Assembly (NCBI GenBank): GCA_040437565.1
Contig: JBDOQK010000025.1
Coordinates: forward strand, 248,001 to 312,000
Direction: 5' to 3'
Origin: Albugo candida
Lineage: Eukaryota
Length of the DNA stretch: 64,000 nt
Shown: positions 11,348 through 22,053 of the stretch, in pieces
Position numbering within the stretch: position 1 is the stretch's first letter
Layout of the letters: each line of letters begins with the position of its first letter
Program-made: the position numbers and the translations under genes
Notes under the pieces: generated by a model
The model's database searches: none
What the model saw: only the letters and a program-made list of their open reading frames with translations
What the model was told of the DNA's origin: nothing

Positions 11348-12539
11348 CCCCCCCCCCCTTATCCATGACAGGCACTCCCTCTTGATATCAAGGTCTGCCA
11401 GGATCTCTCTCCTTTTTGAATGTCGGCATTGCTGATGTGTTGGAAGGGCTTTACTGACCAATTACCGATCTACCCAAAGACCAACAATCCTGCAGGCCCA
11501 GTCTGACGTCTTGTGCAGTTTGTCGTTGGCTGCAGTAGCTGACGCTTCCTTCTTCTAATGCCCTGGTAAAGCCGTCCTCCAGATACTGGAGGATGGCCAT
11601 AAGTCTTAAAACAAGATAAAGTGGGAATTTCCCCCAGCTGCTTTTCTGGCTCTGTATGCCTTTCAGCCCTTCCTTTAAACCGTTAATGGCCTCTTCCATC
11701 CTGTCTTCTACTTCTCCCTGCTGCTCACTACTCTCATCTTCTGATGCAATGAACAGCTCCTTTCTTTTAGTTGCTGATGGCTGCTGACCTGCTGGTTTGA
11801 AGTAGATTGGCAGCCTCTGCAGGTTATTCTCCTTGATATACTTGTCCGTAATCCACTTGGTACTTCTTGAGTTCTCTGCCAAGGTATGTAAAGAGCTAGA
11901 GGGTAAAGAACGCCTTTAGCAAAAGATGCTGGCTCACTTTTATACGTAATAGATCTCTTCTTCTTCCCTTTCTTTTCCTTCTTCAGCTGAGCCTGGACAT
12001 CAGCAAATCTCTTTTGTAGCTGAGCTGTGTCTGTTTCCAGCCAGTCTTCTTCCTATTCACCTTCACCTTCACCTTCACCTTCACCTTCCTCTTCCTCCTC
12101 TCCACTCCACTCCAATCTGACATGAGGCTCTGACAGTCGAGATCCTCTGCTGACTCACTCTCTTCCTGCTGTTGTTTCTGTGCCTGAATCTGCCTCTTCT
12201 TGTTGTTGGCTTGGTGCAAGTTGGCTAATAGGGCCAGCCTTCTTTTTGGGAGGAGCCATTATGAAAAAATTTGAAAAATTATTTTGAAATTTCTTTTTCA
12301 ATGGTTTAATTCGATAGTACGCGCAGAACCTTACCAAATTCACTGAAACCTACATTCTTATTTTAAAAAATCAGCTTCAAATAGTAATTGAAATAATTTA
12401 AATTTCAAAAAATTTAGATTTAAATGAACAGATTCGAAAAATAGCTTTGGTGATTCACAGAACTCCTCGGATTTGTTAGAAAAAAACTTGCCCGAAATTG
12501 AAACCAAAAAAAAATGCTGGTTTTAGGGGAGTCGCACCA
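11348..12539 (-). mobile_element. 5' fragment of an IS630/Tc1/mariner-type DNA transposon, related to the element at 22054-24886
   Basis: The terminus read on - (TATGGTGCGACTCCCCTAAAACCAGCA, 12515-12541) matches the other element's TIR at 21/27 positions. The frameshifted protein starts MAPPKKK (vs MAPPTKR) and contains LPTHQQCRHSKRREILADLDIK (vs LPNSKQGQHVKSHSLLMDEDIL). It is truncated at the C11 run at 11348-11358. Confidence 0.8.
12055..12084. repeat. (CTTCAC)~5 hexamer microsatellite inside the transposon fragment
   Basis: Direct reading of the sequence; it encodes EGEGEG in one minus-strand frame. Confidence 0.9.
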
Positions 12540-13097
12540 TACCTTATGTAAAAAAGAGCTAGGAGATGTATGGTCGGTAGAGCCCGTGCATATGAGACTA
12601 TGATACAAGTTCAAACGCAAGAAACCAAGTCCAGGATATGTATAGAGCATTAATATTCTCCTAAGAGCGAAGCATCCGCTTGTAATGTAGTCTTCATCCG
12701 AATCGAGCGCGTCGTACTTCAATTCAATCTCTACGTGGTCCGCTTGAGCATCATTCTCCCTTGAGCTGCTCACACTTGCTGCCATCGTGTGCTTGATACT
12801 CCTTGCCTTTTTCGCTTGGCATTTATGCTCGCCTTTTACGCTCGCCTCTGCTCAACTAACCTCATTCAAGGGTTTGCTCAACTCATTTCTTCTCTCTATT
12901 CTTTTCAGAAGTTCCTCCTTTTCCCGCCAAAAAAATTGTACTATATTGATGCACCCCTTGTAGCGATTCCGATTTTGCTCTTGTATAAAAATCTAATTCC
13001 CACAACCCAAGCGTCACTTTCGCTTCGAAAAACACGCGATGGTCTACCGTCCATCGCTACATCGAGAATCGGAGGTGAATCAAGGCAAATTCCTGGT

Positions 13098-13654
13098 ATG
13101 CTGACGAGTTTATACGTTGGGTGTTAAAGGAGTCTATATCATTGACCCGAAAGTGTGGCAGGGAAGGGACGGTATACTGTGTCTTTTAGTAAGCCTAATG
13201 CTGAAGACTCCAAATACATACCTGAGAGCGATCTTGTGTTTCTAAAGTTGAGTATGGTGGCAGCTGGTTTAAAAATAAGAATTGATCAAATTACCAGAAA
13301 GACCTTATACAGAGTTTTTGGATGAGCTGAAGTCTAACTAAAAAACTCTGTGCAACAATTATTTTCGCCCAGATCACTCATGTATATATAGTCTACAGAA
13401 ATGCTGAAATCTTTAGACTTTAGGTTATCCAAAAACTCTGTATAAGGTTATTCTAGTAATTTGATCAATTCATCACCAAATCGGATTTCCACTTTCTGAT
13501 TTAAACCAGCTGCCACCATATTCAAGTATAGGAAACACAAGATCGCTCTCAGGTATGTATTTGGAGTCTTCAGCATTAGTCGTACTAAAAGACACAGCAT
13601 ACCGTCCCATTCCCTGGACTCCTCTAACAGCCCTACGTATAAATTCCTCAGCAT
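13098..13654. repeat. Long imperfect inverted repeat (arms 13098-13337 and 13413-13654, ~75-bp loop)
   Basis: The arms are reverse complements apart from two ~25-bp indels and scattered mismatches. They include a 48-bp perfect stretch CTAATGCTGAAGACTCCAAATACATACCTGAGAGCGATCTTGTGTTTC. Confidence 0.92.
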
Positions 13655-14503
13655 CGAGGACCCAACTCCCCCCTATACATTCTTTAAGCTCCTTTTCGTT
13701 AAGAAATTGATCCAAGAGAACCGAAGATATTTTTCAGCAACCTATACCACACTTCTGGATATCATTCAGGTAGGTTCGTCGGTCCCTGCGCTCTGGTTCA
13801 TAGAGAAACGCAACAGAGATACAGCGATCAAGAGTCTTCTCGGCAGTATCCGAACCATCCATGAAAAATGCCATTAAATGATATCTATTTCATATTATTC
13901 TCTATGCTGTGTTGCAGTTGGTACAGGGCTCGTCGTTTTCCTGGTACTTACTTTTATAAAAGAAGCTGATATAACAAGGCAATCATATCGGGGTCGCTCT
14001 GATCCTGCAAAGACGGCTCAAATGCAGAGTGCGTACTCCGCTAAGCTCTCTTTTGCATATAACTACAAGCATGTACATTTAGGCTGGGAATTGTTGTGGA
14101 TAAAACTAGAGATGGCAAGTGCTGGAACTATTTCCTATTCTTTCATTATTATCGTCTAATTCGTCGACCTCTGCTTTGTGGTAACATCACATTTTTCTCC
14201 AATTCATTCCAGTATCCACAGCATCTATAGGGGAATACTTTCTCTCGATTAAAGCACTTTAGCGCACGCATAGTTTCACCGTGACGTGGAAAATTCGATG
14301 CATGGAAGCTACAAAACAAGGCTTATACTGGCGGTCTGATCAAGAGCTGAATACACAATTCAAACCACATCCTTGTTGAATAACTGGTATACTGTATCCG
14401 GGTCGAGTGCTGATGCATTGTGTCTGCACATGATCCATTCACTTCACTAGCGGAAAGTATGTTTTAGAACTCCCTTTTTTCTGCCCATGATGTTCCAGCG
14501 TCG

Positions 14504-14830
14504 GTGAATGTTATCAATCTTTCCATGCAATTCGCCTCATGTGGAATCGATGGAGCTTTTCTAGTCTTCCCAGATGCACGCTGGGATCATTCTTTTGCGA
14601 CAGCCATTGGCACTTTGGACAACATCTGCACAGGCTTGCGATCTCTGCACACAAAAGCTTTCTTGAGGCATACGGTAAGGAATCCAAATGTCGTGCCATA
14701 GATGGATTGCCTTTTATGCAACAGTATCCGCACAAGTGTATGACGCAACAGCGTTAGAATATTCGAATGTTTCCAAGATCAAATTACATAGGTGATATTG
14801 ATCTCAATATTATATTACTTGAAGTCAAGA
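14504..14830 (+). pseudogene. Pseudogenised paralogue of the CCG effector (true extent probably larger)
   Basis: Three fragments align in order to the intact gene: NVINLSMQFASCGIDGAFLVFPD vs NFIELCHEFQMCSGHTIVFPD; MHAGIILL...CDLCTQKLS*G (Cys at 14637, TGA at 14664) vs MHHAILL...CWWCLQKLSGG; IFECFQ vs LIECFQ. Confidence 0.65.
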
Positions 14831-16129
14831 TGCAGGATTCTGGAAGCAAAGTCATAAAGAAAAATACAATCTGATATCGTTGTAGCTGACACCATGCGTC
14901 TCTGAGAGATCGATTCCATTACAAATCATTCGAGTCAAAAATTTCAGATGCATCTCTGCCCGCAACACATCATGAAAAACCTGCAGAAACATTCAAACTG
15001 CACGGGATGTTGCTCACCAACCAAAAGTTCAATATTTTAGCACAATAATGCTTAGTAAGTTTCGAGCTTTTCCTCATAGAGGTCCTGCAATGTCAAAGGA
15101 ATTCGACTCCGACTAGTTCTTATCACTCAAATGGCTAATTAAAAATTATGCGTAGCGAAACACACTTTAGACCCTATCGATTAAATAGTACCCGAGCTTT
15201 GGACTTTCTGGTCATGATGGAGAATTCCGTTCTTCACGAAGGGATCTCGTGAGAGCACTAGATATATCAGGTTCAAGTGGAGTTTGCATTTACATGTCCA
15301 TAAAAAACCTAAATTAGTGAGATGGTCAAGGCGCTTATATAGATGAGCTTGATTGCAAGATACTGCAGAATGGATTGATGATAAGCTGAGTACACTTGAT
15401 CAGCGGAGACGTGATTAATTACTTTGGTGATGCAGTAGTTCTAAAAACTGCGCGATGAATATCAAGTCACAGATGTGTCCAGCCTTCGGACAGATGGATC
15501 GTGAAAGGCAGAGGCTCTTCAAACTAAATACTATGATGTAAGGATACTCCGACTATTGTGATAGGAACATCAAAATAAATAAATGGAAACGGCTAGTGCA
15601 CTTGATGTATAAAATGGCTCTTTCTGACAACAAGCATGGTGAAACTACTTATAAAGCAGCATCAAAGGTGTCATTCCAGCGACTCTGTAATGGATCTAGC
15701 TCAAGGGCGGGTGGTACTCGATTGTGATGTCCGGAATAGTCAGAAGCTTTAGTCAACCATCGGTATGGTTGACTATGCAGCTCCGCTTCGAATAAAAAAA
15801 ATATTCTTTCTTCTCTCGTTATCGACTCAAGAAACAATTTGGCAGCTATGTACTGCTCATGGTGCTATCAGCAAGTACACGCAAACGTTTGGTTATGTCT
15901 CGTGTCAAGTTTCAGTGTGCAGATTACTAAACGCATGAAATGACTATCAGTTTACAAGTACTCAATCAAGAGAGGCTCGCTCATGCTCTCTTTGATGCCC
16001 GTCTTATAGTGCTTCCACAAAAACTCCAGAATGTGGTATCAGTCAATCGGTTGCTGACTCACAGCTGAAGCTTGTTGCGCTCGTGATAGTGTCGTCTTTT
16101 GAACTCGAAATGTATCAATACTCAAGGCT

Positions 16130-16480
16130 TCGAACGAACATGAACATGGAAATGTTATCCGTATTTGCTAGACTGTATACGGGATAATGTATACGTCTAG
16201 ATTATATTAAAATTCTATGCTTGGGGCGAGCTTTTCGATGTATTCAGAAAAGCGCGGAACGAATTTTGGATACGATGGATGATGCTGGATGCTATCGCCA
16301 CATCGTGAATGGAAATCGCTAATTGCATCAAAGTGGGTACGCACATCGTGATTTCCGCTGAAGAAAGGGTTTTGATCGACGATTATGGATGCAAATAAAT
16401 GCGTTTCGGCCTGTCGTCGCCTGCTTATACAGCAGTCTTATAACCTGACAGGAAGGCTTTTTTTAAATATTAGGTATAAG
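16130..16480 (+). pseudogene. Ser/Thr protein kinase pseudogene fragment
   Basis: Kinase motifs occur in correct order across frameshifts and stops: EHGNVIR (~16140-16163), GELFD (16225-16239), LHQSGYAHRDF (16323-16355), FGLS (16405-16416), GRLF* (~16450). Confidence 0.7.
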
Positions 16481-17717
16481 AACAACACCGGTCCAATCAG
16501 CTCGAGCTTCAACTAGATGTATCGTTTTATCGCGTCGCATGGCGTTCAAGATATCTGTCTGTTGATTCCAAGAGCGACTATTATTGAGAGGAGTTATACA
16601 GCGTCCATTTCGTCGATATGGTGAATGCCACTCCAAAAAGAACAATCTTTACACTGTTACGATGAGGTTTAGCCAAAACGATCATTTTTTGGTCATTCCT
16701 TTCCATTATAGGGACACAAAATCATTCTGTTTGCGTGAATGAGTTCTTTGGACCCAACAAATCTACGGACCAACCGCATGCGTAGAAAGGCACTATGACA
16801 CGACATATATTCCGCGCTACGGTATTTGTATCATTATGGCCGCCTCCTTTCTTGGGGATCTATCAACATGCAGATAAAATGTCGTTTGATGATAGATGCT
16901 TAGCGAGACTGACTTGAATATTGTGCTCGTTCTCCATTAGATTGTTCTTTTATTGAAGCTTCCGCCAAAATACAACTTTATTCCTCATCGACCTATTTCG
17001 CCAAAGTAACATTTTGAATTGATATTCAAACGTTTGGCAGCTCTTCGCATTACTGAATACATAATAAATTATATTTTCCGTATTATACCCTCCAAGTCTT
17101 GTTCGTTTTGTTCAGCAAAAGCGTTACACTCTGGTGTCAGTTGAAGAGTTTAAACCGCAAATATGCTTCATAAGCTTCCTATTGTATGATTTTTCCAAAA
17201 TTCATTCCAAAATCTACATAAGCATAATCGAATGTATGTAATTTAAGATCATGACCGCGCAACCTTCACAGTAGGCTGCAACTTCAAGTTAACAAAAATT
17301 CTATAGCTGCCTCTCTGACCTTCTGACTCGCTCTTGTTTCGTTTTATGCAAGTAATTGAGAAATTCCCCTTGAGCAGCTCATCATCCTCAGTATATCTCA
17401 CTCAGATCTCCACTACATGTACAAAATCCCATTCCATTTTTTTTTTTTTTTCTCTCTATGATTTATGTGGTTGACGTTGTATAATAACGCTCCAGTGCAG
17501 AGTCGTCTTTATTTTGGCTTCCTGCTAAGTATTTGAGAGTTCTTTTGATCTTTTCCTTCCACCAAACCACCTACATTGCTGGATATTCAACATAAAGGAT
17601 GTGCAAATAAGATGCGGTAAAGGCTTAGATTAACTGTTAAGTGAACTAAGGACCTAATATACGTACTTCCGCATTTGAGCTCGCTAGGTGTCGTTGGTTA
17701 CAGATCATCTACAGGTT

Positions 17718-20700
17718 ATGAGCCCAAACGCAGCAGATTCGAGCAATGACGTGCTCAGGGACGACAACTACTTCTACTGGGAGCTCAACGCGCGCATGAG
17801 ACTGGTGAGGAAGGGGCTGCTGGACCATATCGACGGACCTGTAAACGTCAAGAGCGAGGACGATACAGAGGTGGCAGCCTGGACAGTGAATGACTTGAAG
17901 TCTTTTACATCTTGTCGATGACGCTCAGCACTCAATACAAGTCGATGATCAGGAATACGACATCGACGAGGCAGCTTTGGGATACATCAAGGGATTTTTT
18001 TTGTTCGGGAAAGTTTACACAATCGAGTCCAAGTGCGACGTCAGCTGCACGACTTCAAGATGGAAAGAGGTAGAAGCTTGATGGGGCACATGATAATGTT
18101 CGATGAACTAGAGATGAGCATGTCGTCTATCGGAGACGTGATGGATGAGCAGAAAATGCTCGTGGTGCCTTTGGGTAGTCTGTCTGAAGATTATATACAC
18201 ATCACACGAATCCTGGAAAAAATGCCTGGAATCGACTTGATGATCGCGTGAATTTCTTCGCCGAGAGTGGGACAATATGCAGAAAAAAAGAATCAAAGAA
18301 GGTTGCACTGAAGGCAACAAAGGAAAAGTTTTCCAATACAAGATCCAACAATGCTCGAATCAACAGGAACGCGTTTAATGGGAAATGTTTTAATTGTGGA
18401 AAGCGTGGGCACAGACAACCGGATGTGTTCGGATGTTTTCAACGAAGCAAAGAAAAAGGACGTACAAGCCGCAACGAAGCAAAGAAAAAGGACGTACAAG
18501 CCGGAACGATCATTCGTTTATGTCAATTACCGCTCAAAAGAAGAATGACTGGCTTTTGGACAGCGGTGCGAGCAGTCATATGAGCTACGACAAGTCAGAA
18601 TTCGTATCACTGATGGATCTGGAAAGTCCGATCAAAACATCAATCGCAAATGGAACTACAGTCGAAGCTGTTAGCACTGGTTCAATATCGGTTAGTCTCA
18701 GCATTGTGAACATGTCACCATTCATGACTTGTTGTACATTCCAAAATTGTACCGACGGCTACTATCAATCCCCGCATTAGTAACCCGTGGCCTTAATGTC
18801 TCTTTCGAGAACAACTGGTGCGAGATTAAGTCAAAGACCGTGACGATTATACTTATAAAGCGGAGTGAGAAGATGTATAAAGTATATACACTCAAGACTG
18901 GGAAATATGGCATGCTCGTTTGGTTCATCTTCCATTGGCTCAACTTAAACAAACGCAAAAACGCTCCAACGGAGTTCAAGTGACAGAACGTTTGATTCAC
19001 GATGCTGATGAAAAAGATGAGGTTTGCGCGGGTTTTGCAAAGGGAAGATCATCGGTGAAACCATTTCCCAAGGAAAAGAGCAATGAGGTGAAGACAAAGG
19101 AAATGTTATAAATAGTTCACAGTGATCTCATGAGGCCGATGAAAACGACATCAGCAGGTGGTTCTCGATATGCATTGACGTTTATCGACGATTACTCACG
19201 ATTGGTCAAAGTTTGCTTTCTACGTACAAAATCGCAAATGTTCGATTATTTCATCAAATACAAAGCCATGATAAACGCCAAACCAACAACAGGTTCAAGT
19301 GTACACGTACGGATTGCGGTACAGAGTTTGTGAACAGGCGGTTCATGGAAGTGTGTAGACGAAACGGGATAGTCCATCAGACGTTCTCACCGCAACAGAA
19401 TGGTTTGGCGGAACGAATGAACCGCACACCCATGGAAAGAGTTCGTGCAATGCCGGAGCACAAGAATATGGCAAGGAGTGGTGGGCAGAAGCTGTCATTA
19501 GCACAGCATACATCACAAATCGCGTTCCAAACAGTCTTCGACCATATTCCACACCAATGGAACTTTGTTTTAAAGCAAAGCCAGATCTCAGTCATCTCGG
19601 CTTTGCAAATATCAACAAGTCGAAGGGATCTAAATTAGACGCGAAGGCCTACTCATGCATATTCCTGGAATATACCGACGACTCGAAAGCGTATCGGGTA
19701 TTCAACATATCGAACAAGAGAGTGGAGATATCCCGAAGTATTCACTAACTGAAGTAAATCAGACTAAGTATGCTCAAGTCGTTATCCAAAACCCTGAAAT
19801 GACTCCAAGACGGAACTCATTGTATGATGATCATCGTGCTCCATGTGTGCGCATCGAGTCTCAGGAACCTCAGTTTAAAAATGAATCAATTTATTAACCA
19901 AACCAAAATCACCAATTTACGGTACCTGTACAATCCGACACACCCTTAGATCCTTGGATCACGAAGCTGACGGCCCTTCCTCCATGAAGGTGGATGAAGA
20001 ATATGGTCGAGAACTTATCCCAGTACCTCCCAGCCAAGTTCTACTCAGTGCCAGCGTCCAGAAACCAATATTGTGTCGAGGGGGAGAATCAAGATGGATG
20101 AGTATTCTCATAATCAAGTCACCTGTATCGTTCCCCGACGTCGCCACCGAGCACCAGCAGCAAGTGAGCTTAGCGATGCTATTATTCCATATGCAGATGA
20201 AAATTAGCTCGATCATGATGAAGTCAATCGAGATTCAAAGCGACTTCGGCTTATGTCTTGGCAAGAAAACGCAGCCATTGAAATCCCTACAACATATCAG
20301 GAAGATTTGCAAAGCGGTGAAGCTGTCCAGTGGAAAGATGCGATAGAATCAGAGTACAAGTCATTGGATGAAAAGAAGACATGGAAAATAGTAGATCGTC
20401 CAAACGATCAAAAGGTGATCGGGTATAAATGGGTGTTTGCAATCATGCGAGACGAACATGGTGCATTTCAGAGATATAAGGCACGATTGGTTGCGCAAGG
20501 GTTTCGACAAACAGCTGGAGGCGACTATAAGGAAACATATGTTTCAGTTGCAAGCACTGATTCGATCAGAGTATTCCTCAGTGTCTGTGTACAGCTTGGT
20601 TACGAGATTCACCAGTATGATTCGGATACAGCATTCCTTAATGGATATTTGGAAGAAGATGTGTACATGTGGCCACCACCAGGATTGAAAGTAAAGCCGG

Positions 20701-21790
20701 GTCAAGTGTGCAAACTGCAACGAAGTTTTTTATGGATTGAAGCAAGCATCAGCAGTATGGTACAGGGCCATCTCTAAAGGCTTCAAGCAATGCACATCCA
20801 AATCATGTATTTTCATTCGCCTTGAACAAACAAATTTCGTGTATATCGCACTCTATGTGGATGAAAATGTTGATTTTAGCAAAATCAATTGATGCGATAG
20901 AAGGAATCAGCAAACTACTTGCCCAAATATTCACAATGAAGAGATTGGGTGCGGCAAAGTACATTTTGGGTATGGAATTATCGTACGACAACAAAATGAA
21001 AGTGATGCACTTGTCACAGAAGGCTGATATAAAGCGGATGTTTGAGAAATGCGGCCAAGAAAAAGTCATCTCCTGTTTACAATTCAACTTGCACAAGTCA
21101 AAACCTGACACAAAATTTTAAATGAAGATCAACACCTGAACAACAGGCCATATCGTTCATTGATTGGATCCTTACTATATATCGCCAGACCCGACGTAGC
21201 ATTTGCGGTATGTGAATTGAGTCAATTCTTGGAAAGGCCGTGTATGGCTCACTGTAATGTAGGGATTCGAGTCAGATACTTGAAGACAACTTCGGAACTT
21301 GGTTTGATATTTACCGGTGAAAATGGAGAACTGATGGCCATAGCCTACAGCGATTCAGATTGAGGATGCAGTCGCGATGATCGATGTTCAACATCAGGCA
21401 TTATGGTCATGATAAATGGAACTCCAGTTGTATACAAATCCCGACTGCAAAAGAGCATTGCGCTTAGCTCAGCTAAAGCTGAATACATGGCAATGCCTGT
21501 GTGCGTGCAAGAAATTATATGGGTGAAGCAGCTATTGCGAGGAATGGAACAACAGTTCGACAGGCCTATCCAACTTTTTGTGGATAATCAGAGCGCAATC
21601 GCAAGGGCAACAAGCGATTTTTTTATCAGTCGAGCAAGACATACCGACATCAGGCATCATTTCATTCGCGAGCACATCAAATTCGGAATTATCCGATTGG
21701 ACTACGTCGCAACGAAATTGCAACTAGCGACTTCTCAACAAAGTCAATATCGACAAAACACTTCGAACACCTCAAGTGGGATCCGTTTAA
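17718..21790 (+). pseudogene. Copia gag-pol polyprotein with many frameshifts and stops
   Basis: Zinc knuckle CFNCGKRGH; protease WLLDSGASSHM; integrase TFIDDYSR and PQQNGLAERMNRT; RT YKARLVAQGF and DTAFLNG; RNase H AYSDSD, SIALSSAKAEY, VDNQSAI, HTDIRHHFIRE. Domain order PR-IN-RT-RH is copia-type. Confidence 0.93.
18440..18503 (+). repeat. Perfect 32-bp tandem duplication within copia gag
   Basis: CAACGAAGCAAAGAAAAAGGACGTACAAGCCG occurs at 18440-18471 and 18472-18503, with no N gap between. Confidence 0.95.
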
Positions 21791-22053
21791 GTATGTTGAG
21801 GGGAGTGTTGGATATTCCACATAACGGATGTGCAGATAAGATGCGGTAGTTTGTAAAGGCTTAGATTAACTGTTAGGTGAACTAAGGACCTAATACACGT
21901 ACTTACGAATTTAAGCTCCCTGGGTGNNNNNNNNNNNNNNNNNNNNNNNNNNNNNNNNNNNNNNNNNNNNNNNNNNNNNNNNNNNNNNNNNNNNNNNNNN
22001 NNNNNNNNNNNNNNNNNNNNNNNNNNTGGGTGTCGCTGGTTACAGATCATATA

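Noticed and set aside
11983-12219. ORF with a KVKVKVKV repeat
   Set aside because: Alternative-frame reading of a hexamer microsatellite inside a frameshifted transposase.
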